Numbered from the stretch's first letter, positions 35,915 through 50,373 are shown. The stretch is 64,000 nt of DNA from Yuukianura sp. NJ FZ-2021 (GCA_046563655.1 CM102290.1:2604001-2668000), one strand, 5' to 3'. Made by a program: numbers and translations. Notes: generated from the letters alone by a model not told the origin.

Positions 35915-38900
35915 TCAATCTTCGTTAAAATTGGACTTGTCCAAATTTTTGTCCAATTTTTTACTAGCTTTCCAGTCGGCCAATGCAGCATGAATTCGAA
36001 AGTGGAGCCTCGACTCGAGTGAGTAACCTTTGAACTCATTCCTGGAAAAAAAAATTATTCTTATTTTATTCTATATTTTGAATTTTACTTTTTAGCTATA
36101 TTTTACATACTTTACGCTTTCCAGTATACTGGCAGCACTTTCCGTGTTTCCATTAATCCATTTGAGGAGACCAAGTTCGTAAGTTGCGTAAGGTGGAAGC
36201 CATGTATCGTCCTTCAGTTCCTTTTGTAGAGAAATAATTTTGAGGAAACAAGCCTCGGCGGCAGAAATACGCTGAAGACAGCGCAGGCACATTCCTTTGA
36301 GTAGGAGCACAAGACAAGTGTTGTCGTAGTAGAATGGGTTGCCTAGAATTAATATTATTACTTTAAGTATTAATTATTATGTAAAGAAACAATAAACATC
36401 AAATCCCATTGTTTAGTTGTCAACTGAAAGGAATGATGTTTGATTTGATGAACTTACGAATCTCTTGTTCAATTGTTTGGGCCTGGGCTTCAACAATTTT
36501 GAGAAGGGAAACTACTAAGGCAGGTTGTTTCCCAAGAATTTTGAAACCATTCCACAAGTACAATAGTTCAACTGCCGGTAAAACTAATTTCTCATCTTGA
36601 GCAAAGAACCGAGCACACTTTTTGATTATAAACTTCTCCATTGGGATTGACTTGCCAGCGATACGCTGCTTCCAGGCCGGAATGTCCCTAGAGACAATTT
36701 CACAAAATAGAATTTACACACTTTCCACATCATCATATTCTAACTCAGTTTGGCCAAATTTTTTGAACAAAAAGATGCGAATCTAAAAAATTTTACAAGA
36801 AATAGCTGCCCAATCAGGAAAAATAAAAGTCAAAATTTTTAGCTACAGAAGCATTTAGTTTTGAAACTTGGTAAATGGGTGAAAATAGCTTTTAAAATTT
36901 TTATAAATAATTTTTTTTTGTTAAAAATTTTGTCGTATTACTTGAACAGTTGTACGAGTTCTTTCTTTGAAGAAGGTTCCAATTTGTTATGCATCATACA
37001 CATGAACGAAGCTTTTTGGTAAGCGTAAATTGCCCGTGACCAGCGACTCTCATGGAACAACAGGTCAGCAAAATCTCGAGCCGCGTACCAGTCTTGTTTA
37101 TAACTAAAATGAAAAAGAGTTTAAAAATTATTTCGCTCGTGAAAACTTTTGACATTTTTTTTTAAACATTCCATCGTTTTTCTAAAAACCGGCTTACCAA
37201 TGCGACCACATCAGTTCCCAATAACAAAGGTGATGGAACTGAATCCACTCGGTTTGGGAATGCCAAGCACGAGTGTACCAGTCAATGGCACTGTCAAGAT
37301 TTCCTTGAACATATTCAAACCGGCCTTTGAAAAACAGGAACCAAACTCCTTCTGGATATTTCTGGATGTAATAAATTGGGAAACTAAGTTTTAATTTGTT
37401 AAAAAATCAAACTTTGTTCAAAATTTGTTTAAAAAATACCTTCAGCTGCTGTTTGATGATTCGATCACAGAGTACCAAGTCTCCATCGCCGTGTCCAATG
37501 ACGTAACTTACAAACAAGTGAAATCCAAGTAGTGCCATTGTACATAATACTTGGCGCAAAGAGCCATCGAGGGATTCGCCCATTTCAAGCTGCTTCAAGC
37601 CTGTTTCCTAGATTTTACCAAAAATTTGTCAAATTGGGATCACTTTTTTATTTTTCTAAATATTGTTATCAAAATTTTAGAATTGAAGTCTAGTCAAATG
37701 AATTTTGGTTTTGAGTCGTAAGTTTGAATCTTATCAGCATCAAATCCTATTTCCATGTTCTGAACAGAGCCGGATGACTTGGTTCTAAGAACAAGAAATT
37801 CCTTCTGCGTCCTGACTTGTACAAAAGGCTAAGTTAGAGTAAGGCTGACTTTCACCACAAGGTTTCCGTGGTGAAAGTGACTAAAGGATTACTTTGGTAT
37901 CCAGGACGAAGAGTGCCACAAGGGACAACGTAGGGCAGAACAAGATGAATAAAATAATAACAAAGATTTTTATCTACACCGCCACCGTAGTGATGATGCT
38001 GACTTGCTCCTGGCTCTGCTTTTACTTTCATCTTCGACAAGAGGTACAAAAGTCAAAAATAAATTTCAAATTAATCCTCACAAATAAAACGAAAACCAAA
38101 ATCCATTTGAACAAAAACCGACGAAACCAAAATCATACCGGGTCGAAAGGAGTCAAAAGGAAAACAGGGAAATTTTACCTTGCAGTCATCCTTGGTGGTG
38201 GAAGAAGTGAAATCAGAGGGAAAACATGACAATATAATTTTCGAATTCAAACAAATATTAATAATGACAAAGAGACTTACTCGACTTCCCGAAAATCCAA
38301 TAAACTCCAAAAGTTTCATAATCCGAGCAGGAAGGAGAGAAAGCATCTGAAAGCATGATCAAAAGTTTTCAAAGGTTTAAAAAATTGAAATAAAGCCAAA
38401 TTTCATTAAAATTTTAGTTTCAAATAAAATTCGTACAAGGTTGTAGCCGCCGACTCCCATCCGAGCGCCACTTTCAAAATGTTCCTTGTGAACATCGTCT
38501 TCCCAGTTGCGATGTTTGAGAATATGCCAACACTCTCTGAAAATTTTAAACTTCATTGTTAAATGTGAAGAAATCAGAGTAGTATTAAAGTTAAATATTT
38601 AAATACCTGTAGGCATTGAGACAACTTCGCATTTTGAGACCACCTTTTACAAAACTCAGTAAATTTTCGTCTTCGACAAATGTCAAAGCAGCACGAAGCA
38701 GGAGGCACTCGGCATAACACAGTTCCGCATGAATTTGTTCTGGAAGAAATAAAAGAGACATTTTTAGGATGCAGGGAGACGTCATTGAGTGCTAAGCTTT
38801 AATCCGCCGACGTCATCCGTGACCTAGATTCAACGTAACGTAAAACTGAAATGACTGGCAGCTCTGCCAACACTTTTACATTGCAACTCCTATTGACTCT

Positions 38901-39764
38901 GTCAACTACTAAATATTAACCTTCGCGAAGAACATCATAGTTGGGCCGTCGAACCATTTTCCCAAGTGATTCGTACATTGTATTCTTCTTTCGAAATCTC
39001 TGACAAACTTCAACACTCTGTTCTAGCGCTTGAGAGGCCGCTTCAATTTGTTGCTGAATAGAACAGTTTTGAATTATATATTGCCAATTTATTTTTCTTC
39101 TGTGAACGTTTTAGATTGCTGACCTGCTCAAAGGTCATCGCAGCTTCCAGAAACTGAAACACTCCGGCACCCAGAGCATGGTACATGCTAACTTGAGCCC
39201 TACAAACCGCCAAAATCCAAATCAAATTCCACCGCCAACTTTAAATTATTCAATTTTGGTGAAAGTTTTACCATGGCGTGATGAGAGCACGAGCTTCAAC
39301 AAAGCGATTATTCATGAACAAGTCCAAGGCCGTCTTAGCTTCGCCAAGACATCGTGTGAGATCCATAAGGTCCACTTCATTGTTCCTGTCATTAGAATTA
39401 CAATCAGTTGGAATGCCAACAAATTTGTCCCGCTTTTTAAACAACAGCGTTCCAACAAGTTTTGGCAGCATATTGAACTGGGAATTGCAAAAGCCGTTTG
39501 ACACAATGCAGTAAACAAATCAGTCACACGATACCAATATCAGACAAGAGAAGCAAAATAAAGCGTATCTAACAGCCGTAAAACGTGAAGCCATAGCAAC
39601 TTATTTTCAAGAATTTGCTTTTTTGACTTACCCTGCAAAGTACTCCACCGCATCTTGGAATTCCTGGAATAAAAATTACATATTTTCAGTTTTCGAAACA
39701 AGTATAAACTAACCGTAAGTTAACTGTAATGAAAACATACATCATCTCCTTCGGAGTCAGACAT
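35915..39764 (-). CDS. TTC39: Tetratricopeptide repeat protein 39 (TTC39A/B-like, Iml2/DUF3808 family), 14 exons, 586 aa
   Basis: Exons (-): 39764-39741, 39663-39632, 39385-39272, 39199-39124, 39053-38921, 38739-38607, 38536-38437, 38346-38281, 37607-37440, 37361-37198, 37103-36942, 36687-36458, 36342-36111, 36041-35915. All GT-AG and phase-consistent, 1761 nt. Motifs: IHAELCYAECLL, FVKGGLKMRSC, MLSLLPARIMKLLEFIGFSG, RIAGKSIPMEKF, YSLESRLHFRIHAAL. Confidence 0.93.
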
Positions 39765-42700
39765 TTTTGAATGCAGGAAATTTAAATTGAGGTAAAACTG
39801 ATAAACAAGAAGCTTCTGTCCAAGTTTTTCAAGAAAGTAAACCAAAATTGACTAGAATTTGTAGTGACTGAGCATCATCAGGAACGTTTCAAATGTAACG
39901 CAACGTCAGCCCTTCCAGAAATTACGTCGCTTCAGTATGTTACTCCGTAACAATTATTCCTTCCTGAAAATAAAAAAAATATCAAAATTGTAGTCTTTCT
40001 GATGAAAAATTTTAAAATATTTTTTAGTCCCCAGTAGTGAGTTTCCTCAAGAGCGAACTACCTTGAAAACTGTTCTTGTAATTTAAGTAATTTAAGTTGG
40101 AGTTAATTGAAAAGAGTAAAAACAGTATACAAAAGCTAATTTTTCTTGCCTGTTACAATAAAAACATTGTTGCATTTTCGAGTGACTTTGACAGAAGCAC
40201 ACGCTTTATCATTTAAAACAACTTCTTTTTTTCCAATTGATCGCTTTTATTATTTACTTTTTTTTTCTTTAAAATAAACTCTGTATTACGTAGGGTGACT
40301 GCAAACAAACTGCAAAACCAAATACAAAAAAACTTGATTTTGAAAGAAGTAAAAAAAATCAGAGCAGCAATTTATAGACCCATTTCAAAAACTCTGATTT
40401 CTACAACGCCGATTTGTACTGAAAGATCAGAAAGCTGCGGCCACTTTGATCTTCTACTAACTGATGTTTTGACAGGCGTGATGCAACAATTCATTCAACT
40501 AATCAAGTTACAGGACATCACTAATCTTCAAAAAATATTAGATTTAAAAGCATATTCCAACTGTTTTATATTTCGGATTATACCATGAGCCAAAATTTAC
40601 TTTTTAGTAGTAGATTTGCCCTAGAGAACAAAAAATTAGGTTTCAAAAAGTTCTATTTCAATCCGTGTGAAAATATTACGACGCATGTTCCAAAAACTAA
40701 AGTTCTGTTCTAGTCAAAAGAAAGTTGGATTTTACTTTCCTGTTCAATATGTCTCCTACACCTGCTTCACGTCAAATTCATATGTGCACGTCTCTCAACA
40801 GCTTTTTAAAAAATGTTTTGACAGTCAGCGCAACCCAGTTTTTTGAAATTTATAACACTAGCTGTAGCGTAAGTGATGACACTTTAAGTCAAATTCTTAA
40901 AATTTATTAATGTCGAGGACTTTAAGTTGTCACGACTTAAACCCACCAGGATTTTGATTTGTCAAAAAATAAAAAAGGCTTTTTGAAATACTTAAGAAAG
41001 AAAATTTGATAATCAAAACTCTAAGAAACAAAAATAGTACAGGAAAAAACAAAATTGCGTGTGTAGTTAACAGAAATTAGTGTCCAGAGAGACGCAATAA
41101 CAGTCTTGCACAATCTATTCATATCTGCATTAGCAATTTCGCGTAGAGGGAACTCAGGATTTCAATGTGCTACAAAACAAAATGTTTTTTAGAATGGAAC
41201 AAACCGCAAAAAATATACGGGAAATAGGAAATGGGGAGAAGTTTCAAGGAAAATTAAAACTTTTAACGTTTGAAAGTCTTAAATATGACGCAAAGATGGT
41301 AACGTTCCACTGAATTCGAAATCGATGACTAATTTTTATCCACTTCAATTGAACTAAACTTTGCACTTTGACTTGGTTCTAAAGTACGGAAATTGAAAAA
41401 AAAAGTTGGTTACATGAGTGGCAATAACTCGAACTGCTAAGATGATTGATTCAGTTACGAAAAACAAACTGAGATTGTTAGTGACTCAAGGGTTTCTGTT
41501 CAAGTACTACTGCTAACATTTTCTAAACTCATTGATTCCATTCCATGTTCTACTACCAAAATTCTTCGTTTGCAACTTGCAAAACATTTCAAAAAGTTAT
41601 CTGTGACCTCTAGGGCACTGATCTTTCAGTTCAGTTTCACAATTTGGTCCTGCCTCTTCTCCTTTGTCGCCAGTCATAAATTTTTATATGGTAAAATGCG
41701 TTGGTGGCGTTAGTTGTTTTTGCAGCTTCAACAAATTCTACCAAGCTATGCTTCAAATGTCTTCGTAGTGTATAGCAAAAAAATATTTTAAATTCATTTT
41801 CGCTTGTCATGCTCTTCCTTTACATTTCAACAAGATTGAATGCGATAAATCAATTACTTCCAATCGATTGGTCAACAACGCTCATCATTCTATGACCTTT
41901 GACATTAACCTTTACTCAAGTTTTCAGTTCTACCTTTCCAAAGAGTAAGAATGTGTAGTATAGGAGTTTTCTTCCAGTGTTAGAAGTGTTCTCAAATAAA
42001 AAGCAGCCAAAATTAGCTTAATTTTTTTTCCGAAGAAATTGCAGTGACAATAACTTATTTTAAAGGAGAATTTTTAGTACACTTACCCAAAAAAATGACT
42101 TTTAGCCACTATAAATGTGGAGCAGTAAACGGCAGTCATTAAATTTAGACTACAATAGACTACAAAAACAGGAAGGTATACTTCACACTGTGTAGGAAGC
42201 AATTACTGAATTGAAACTGGTTTTCCATAGACTTTAATATGTCGATTCGAACTCAACGTTCCGAAGTCAAACAGCCTGACCTTCCTGTTTCCCAAGAATT
42301 CCGCTTAGGTTGTAAACTTGTGTTTTGGATTTGTATAGAGGGAGGGTCAGTCAAGACCTTGGACGTTGAGGCTTCGAGACAAACAACAATAGGTCTCAGA
42401 TATGACACTGCTCACTTAGGCTAACTTACGCGTAATGAACTGAGAAGTGCTCATAAAATCAGGTTCAGGTTCAGTGGCATTGAGTCTCAGACTCAAAATA
42501 AAACTAGGAAGCCAGGGAACGAAAGATGCGTTGACCTTGATTTCCTCTAAGATTTTCATTTACTTTGACCAAAAATGTCACTGACCCATGTAAAGTTAAC
42601 AGCTAGTTCTGGAAAACGGGACTATTGAGAACCAATGTCATTGAATAAAATAGCAACTACTAAAATCAAAATCTAAAATTTTAAAGTTGAAACTTTCTTA

Positions 42701-45700
42701 AGAAGTTCAACCGTTTTTAAGCTGATCGAATTATCCGTTCCCTGATGGACTAGTAATTGAATTTTTAATTTAAAAATACCAAGTTTCTGTTGTCGTGCGC
42801 GTGGCCAATGTCAGCTCGAGTATTTCAAACTTTGCCAACGAATTTACTGCTTTGAAAACCATTTCAAAACCTAAACATTTTTTTTAGAAATTGAGAATTT
42901 CAGCTGTTTTGAAACTAAAAGTAGCTAAGCATCAACTCTTCCACGCGTAATCTACAAATAGGATATCTGTCAAGGTGAGAACTAGAATCTGTTTGAACAG
43001 AAATTGGAACACACATCGCTATATTTTATGACTTTACTAGACAACACTAAACATTTGGCTAAGGATCAATAAATGTCCAATAACACTCGTGCATCCAATA
43101 TCCACATCCGACAACGGTGAAACACAAAACGCACAACTCAACTATGTACAGTTCAAGTTTCAGACAAAGTCGCTACTAAACTAACATTTTTGTTCAAACT
43201 TTGAAAATTTTCTTAAAAACATTTTTTCATTTCAATTCAACAAATCCAAAGTTGGATATTGGAAAGTTGAGGAGAAACCACGTAATCCGTATAATCCCTC
43301 GAAAAGTTCAATCGATTGCTCAGAATATCATGAACCTAAAAAATTTTGTGAATTGAAAAAATTCCAAGGAAAAAAAAGTTTTTTTTTACCTGGTTGATAA
43401 AACCGATGTAAACTTTTTGTTGAAAAAAACTTAGATTTTGAATAAACTTCCACAAACTATGTAATTACCAAACTTTTTACTACTGTTCGGCACAAAATAA
43501 CGTGCTGAAATTGAAAGTGGCTTTACTCTGAGAGAAGGTGACAAGTGACGTGTAATCAGTCCTATTGTTCAATCACTGTCCCACATGTAAGTTGAAACTA
43601 CATGCGTTTTAACACTACACGAAATTACCCAAGGATAAAGTGATAAACAATTTGACAAACTTAGGAACGCTTTTTAATAAAACTCAAATCTAAAGTCCTA
43701 ATTTTTGCAACTGCACCAGGGTCGTTATTTGCAAAATATGAGTACCCTCAGGCTAATGCAAATCCCGTTGCAAAAATGCGATTTTTTTTTTGCAAGCCGA
43801 GACAAGTGCGGAACTCTCGTGATTCTAAAAATAGATTCGCACCAAGTCTTTTATTTTTGGCAAAGTTGGACATATATGTCACTGCCAAAAAAGCCAAAAA
43901 GAAAAATACAAACAATAAACCAAAATAAATCCACGATAGTTACTCCCTCCATTTCGTAAAATTCATAATTATGTTATGGTCATTCATAGCACACAAGGGT
44001 AACTTTGTCCAACTTCAAAAAAGGCGTCAGTTTAGTTGCTAATCTTAGCGGAAACTTGTACCATTTTTGTCAAGTGTACTTCACGTTAATTTGCACTTAC
44101 TAATTACAAAATGTATTAATTCCCATTTAGTTTGAACTAAATCACATGACATGTTGTCAAACCAGCATGATAGCATCATCATGTTATTGGCATCATATAA
44201 CAGATCAAAAATTGACTTACCTTTGATATTGCAATGAAGACGACGCACACAATTTTTCTTGTCAAGACCGAAACTTTGAAGTAGCGGCTGATGATGTAGT
44301 TGTGTATTGAAGTGAGGATCAGTAATTAATTGTGTCGAAATCACTAATTAATCGTATTATGGCTAATTAATTATGGCTAATCGTCGTATTACATCCCACC
44401 GGTTGTATAAATCTTCAAACTAAATTATATTTTCTCTTCAATTGGAAGCACACAACACTAAAAGTGTAAAAAAATGGAATGCTTAACAATAATTAACTAA
44501 TGTAATCTTAAATTGACGAAACATTCGTCTCTAACTAAGTTTGAGTAGCGTAAGTTGTTTACTGAATGAGGCACAACGTCTTGTCTTGAATGGTTTGCAA
44601 AATAGTTGTAAAGCTTCAAATTCAACGTCATTTAGTTCATAAATATTAAATGAACCCTACTTGTTCACAAGCAGTTATATTCAACGCTCCTGAATTTTTA
44701 TTCTCCTTCTATCTGATTTTCAATTCTGCTCAAATCACCAACCAGAAGCCTCATCAAACTGTGAAACCTTTCGTTATTATTTAGGTTTTAGCATTGGAAA
44801 ATATCCTTGGTCTAAAATTGCTCCATGCCCTTGGAGTACACATTATTTTGTTTTTGTAAAAAAAATCAGTTTTTGTTCAAATACTATCAATTAAAAAGTT
44901 AACACTTCTATGAGAATGTAGTATCTAGGAGTTTAAAAGAAATATTTTTTTAAACAATGTTTTAATAAGGTGTAGGAAATAGACTATTGCTTTTGTTTTG
45001 GTGAGGCACAGAAAGTTAATTACAGTCACTAGAGTCGTGTCATTAAGGTCATGCAGTGACACTTTAGCATCTATTATATTGTATTAGCAATTATAATAAT
45101 AGAAATTTAGTGACATATCTACTAAATAAATGGAATGAGGACGTCAAAAACGCTCAAAGACAACGCAACTACAAACGCTTAAAAAGCGTCGATAAGGTTT
45201 AGAACATTGTGGATGTGATTAAAGTTGAATAAAAATTTTTACTTGAAGTTGATCTTATTCCTGTTGCGAAAAATTTCTTTCATTTTCTTCAGCAACTGCC
45301 ATGCACAGAATTCAGTTAACTTGGACGTAAAGTGAAATTAATGGAGAAGTATTTATGGCTGAAATTGGAAATTTGATGTGTCGCTGTATTTAGCTTGCTT
45401 AATTATTTTCAAATTAGGTTGGAATTTATTACTTAACAATTGCACTGAACAGCACTTAAACTTAAGAGCAAACTTAAAATACACAAGGTTATGTACAAAA
45501 TTTGACAAGTGCTCAGCTGTAGAAACTGACGTTCGTGGTCTAAGCTATATCCAGGAAGTGGCCTATGAAAAACTCCGAATCCCCGAATTTCGTCACGAGT
45601 TGAAATTGGACGCACCCGGTACCGGGAGTTAAGCGTTTGTTTTTCTTTTAGCAGAAACCCAGAAGAGATCCGAAGAAACCAAATCGAAGTGAATTGAAAT

Positions 45701-46876
45701 ACAAATTATTATGACAATCATTGAATCTTTAAAATAAATATTAAATTCTAATGCAAAATTTGTTTATAGAATTTGCGTTAAGAGTAAAGATAGCCTCAGT
45801 GAAAGTTAAAGTGAAAGTAAAATAAATGTTTCGTAATCGGTGACCTGATTCTAGCCAATAAAAGCCTTGCTCTGTTCTTGAAATCAAAATTTTGAAGAAC
45901 AATTTAACGACAATGTTAAATAGAGCAGTTTAGTAAAGTTTATGTTTTAGGAACAATGGAACCACTAAAGTTAAAATTCCGCTACATCATAACTAATTTT
46001 AAGTGTTCGCGGAATGACTGTCGTCAACGAAAGTATTAAAGGCCCCACAATTTGAAATCGTGAAAACTAAATGTTTAGTGAAAGTGTAGATTTTTTTTTC
46101 AAATTTGAGAATTCTTTATGCATTAGCTCAAACACAGCAGGTCGAGAAACATCTTAGTTTTGATGTTATTGACAATCATTGACATTTCTTTTAAACCAAA
46201 TTAATTCAAGGATAGAGAAAGATTTGAGAAAAGAATTTAGCCAACTTACAATTAGTCAATTGTTTGAGTGCAGAATGATTTTTGTTGTTTAAAAGCCCAC
46301 CTCTGAGTATGGTGGCCTGTTTTTAACTGTGAATTTGAAAACCTCCCCTCCGGCCTCTGTATTCCACATCAGTCGAGAATCTAATATATTAGGACTAATG
46401 TAAAGGAATTGGCTGTTGTTTTTCTTTAGTTTCAGATTAATTAGCCTCCATAACAAATCATCCAAATTTTTAGCATTTGAGAGAACTGTACATCTATTAC
46501 TCAAGTTTATGCTGAGGTCAAAGGTCTGGAAACCAGCTGAGGTCGTACCGAATGAAGTCAGGAAGTCGGAGACTTGAAAAAGTGAAGGTAAAACCCAATT
46601 AATTTTTACTTTGGTTTTGATAATTAGTGTCGGTAAGCTAAGGGAAAGTAGCGGCAGTTTTTTACGTCCAGAAGATCCATACAAAACATAGAACACCGTT
46701 GGGATTGTTATGATTTGGATTCTGTTTACTAAAATATGGTGAAGTTAGGTTTGAAAAACAGATTGAAAGATGAGTATTGAAAGTCCTGATTCGTGTATAT
46801 TATATTGTTAACCTCATTTGTATTTACTAATTTGTTTTGTTTTTGTATTGCAGATTCTAGGCACGTTGTACTTTCT

Positions 46877-49029
46877 ATGATGGATAGCGCTGGACCAACG
46901 TCTGGAAGAGCGAAAACAGAAGTATCAAAACCCGGAGAAAGCAGCAATTCGTTTTGGAAGATGAACAAGAAAACACTTCCTGGAAGGCATGTTGCTTTTA
47001 AAGTACATTTAAAAGTACAGAGTATTTTGTCTAGCTTATGAATGTGTTACGATAAGGTTTCATATGACGATTGACTATTTACTTTGTTCAATCCATGCAG
47101 ACCCAGTCCTCACAAGGAGAGTTCCTGGGGCATACCCACAACGAATAAAGCATCTTCCTTCCAAGCTTTCCAAGACAGCGTCCAAGATGCCTGGGACATT
47201 GGAGACGATGAATTTGCTTCAATTTCTTCAGGTAACTTAATAAATATTACTTGGTATTCGCAATCTCATGCTTTCTAGGGTATCGTTGTGCTATTTTTCA
47301 TTAAGTTTTGAATTTCAGACCTCAAAATCAGTAAGAAGGTAGCCCAATCAACAGCGCTCACAGTTATTGCCAATCACCGCACAAGTACAATTGGAGCACA
47401 ATCGTTCCCGAACACGTTGGGCGTTCACCGTGAGTGAAATTGAAGCTCCATAAAAAAACCCATAACTCGTTTCCCTTAAAATAGCAATCATAGTCCTCTC
47501 TATTCTCTAGATTCACCTTCAACAGGGCGTCGTGAGCACATCAACGATGCCAGTCCTCGTCAACGTGCTCCAAACTCAAAAGCCAAGGTCATATGTCGAA
47601 CAGGTATTTTAGTATTCAATTCAAAACTTACAGAAACTATCAACATTTTTAGTTGGTATACATGATTTATTTTACAATTCACAGAAGACGAACGAGAAAA
47701 GGCGAAGGCAGAAAAAATTAGAAACCTTTTGAATTCCCCTAGTGTCGATTTGAAAGAACTTCAGTCCCTCAGTTATTCCGGTTTGCCATTTTCCATTCGT
47801 GGAACCTCTTGGAAGCTGCTGGCGGTAATTAAAAGTTGTAGTAATTCGTAGAATCAAATTACCAATTACTATTTAGAATAACTCTAGGGATATTTGCCTG
47901 CAAATGTCGAAAGGCGGACTCAAGTTCTGGAGCGGAAACGGGAAGAGTACTGGAATTGTGTGCAGCAGTATTATGATTCTCGACTAGACGAATCACATCA
48001 AGACACTTTTCGTCAGGTATGTGTTATACATGTACGTGTACCTATTGTTGAGGCTATAACGTTGAACTATTAGATACACATCGACATTCCGCGCATGTGT
48101 CCATTGATCGCCCTCTTTCAACAAACTGTTGTTCAAGAAATGTTTGAGCGAATCCTATTTATATGGGCCATCCGTCATCCGGCATCTGGATATGTCCAAG
48201 GAATGAATGACTTGGTCACTCCATTTTTTGTTGTTTTTCTGGAACAAGTCCTGTCACCCGGTAATACCAATTTTATAAATGAAACGATTACCAGCATAAC
48301 AATGTTATCGCTTATTTTTGCTCTTTGTTTCTAATATTATGTAGATGTGGAGGTGGAAACCTTTGAAGTGAACTCTCTTGGGATAGACCAACGAAATAAC
48401 ATCGAGGCTGATTCTTATTGGTGCATGTCGAAGTTCTTGGATAGTATCCAAGTCAATTACATTTTCGCGCAAACTGGTATTCAAGAGAAAGTGAAGAAAT
48501 TAAAAGAACTGATAGAGCGGATTGACGGTATGAACAAGTAAAATGTTAAAGCTTTCTTTTTTCCCCTTTGTTTTAAACATAAATTTGTGTTTAGCTACAC
48601 TTCATCAACATTTGCAGACACATGAGATCGACTACTTGCAATTCTCATTTCGTTGGATGAATAATCTCCTTATGAGGGAACTCCCATTACGTTGTACTAT
48701 CCGTCTCTGGGACACTTACCTGGCGGAACCTGACGGCTGTGGTTCTGTCCTACTCTATGTTTGTGCTGCCTTTCTCAGACACTGGAGAAAAGAATTGTTA
48801 GCTCAGAGGGACTTTCAGGTATGATCAACATTTACATCTAACAGAACGTTCCAAATAACGTTAATGTGATTCCAGCCTTTAAAATTTTACGTTCCAGGGT
48901 CTGATGCTCCTACTACAGAATCTACCCACCCATAATTGGGACAGCGGCGACATTGGCGTGATAGTCGCTGAAGCTTTTCGACTCAAGTACACTTTTGATA
49001 GCGCTCCAAAACATTTAGGGAGCAGTTGA
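46877..49029 (+). CDS. TBC1D22: TBC1 domain family member 22 (Gyp1-like Rab GTPase-activating protein), 10 coding exons, 479 aa
   Basis: Exons: 46877-46986, 47101-47231, 47319-47429, 47511-47603, 47685-47824, 47888-48016, 48074-48260, 48345-48527, 48595-48818, 48898-49029 (1440 nt). TBC arginine finger IHIDIPR, glutamine finger GYVQGMNDL, FSFRWMNNLLMRE, N-terminal FWK..LPG and DAWD motifs. The first coding intron needs a GC donor. Confidence 0.95.
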
Positions 49030-50373
49030 CTCCAAGGTGCCATTTTTCTCAAGTACCAAAGAGGGGACCTCATCTTATAACGGCATGTCGTATCACATGC
49101 ATTCATAATAGTAGTACCGTTGCGCAATTTCCAATTTTTAATGGCACGAGATCATTTTATAAATGTCTCGATTACTACCATTAGTAGTACTGCCAATGGT
49201 TTGCGTTCAAACGGGAAGTTAACAATTTTGCTAAGACCAACGGAAAAAATAATAAGGGAAATCCTATTGACTAATTATAAAATATTTGTCTGTTCTAATA
49301 CATAAACGAAACGTTTCCATATTTTGAATATTCATTTTGGTGAAAGAATATCAAAAACTAATATTATTGTGATGATCCAAGACTAAAATAAAAAGGCATC
49401 AGAATTATTAGTAAAAAAAAAACGAAGTGAATTCCATGAAACAAAAAATGTCGCTAATTTTTTTTAAACCATTTTTTATTTAGAAAGCATTTTAGCAGGA
49501 GAAACTAACAAAAGGTACTTAAGAACGTTTTAGGAAATTTTTGGGACGCGGGGAATTCACATCAAGTTAGCTTTTTTTTAAACTTCGTTTTTCTACAACA
49601 CTATTTTTTTCTAAACATGTTACAGAATGCTCTAAAATTGGATTCACATCTTAAACATATCTTAGCACACCAAAATATTTTAATGCTGATCTCTTAACAA
49701 TGACATTCATTCCATAACTATTTAATTTAGGGTTTACTTTCCCCGGGTTTTAGAGTTTAAAACTCACTTTTTTTAACCTACTTCTTAAATTCCAACACTT
49801 TTCGATGAGAAAGAGCCATTTTACGTTTTCTTGGTTTAAATTTTTTTAGAACAAGATTTTCCATAAGTCTAACCTTAACTCTAGAATCTCGTCACTTTCA
49901 CTTTTCTAGTGGAAATTTTCTTGTTCTTTGTCCAAGCTCGAGTGAAAGTGACAGCAGAGGTGTTATAGTGAAAGCTTTGATGTGTTTTTTTAGGAATGTG
50001 GCGATAGTATAAAGGGAAAGGTGAATTTGGTATATGAAGTGAGAATGTTAATGTTAAGCCTTTGACCTTGGGTCACGCGTGTGTCAAGATGCAATTTTCA
50101 TGTTTTTTTGTTAAGTGAGATAGATGCGTGATGAAAGTGGGTTTGTATGTGTTCGGAGTGTGTCATCTCTCATTTTGAAAAGGAAATGAAGGAATGAGAG
50201 GCATTAGAGTGAAGGAGAAAGGGAAGAGAAAGTGTTGGTGTAAGTTGAAGAAAGCGTGTTTTAGTAGGCAAAGGTGGAAAGATGTTAATTTTGTCAATTA
50301 GATTTTAATTGGATAAGATTCAGCTAGAGAGAGAAAGTGATGCAGCCATTTATCACTTCCTCTTTCAACTGAG

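Noticed and set aside
40291..40623. TAGGG...CCCTA as a possible MITE
   Set aside because: Only 5 bp of inverted match and no TSD.
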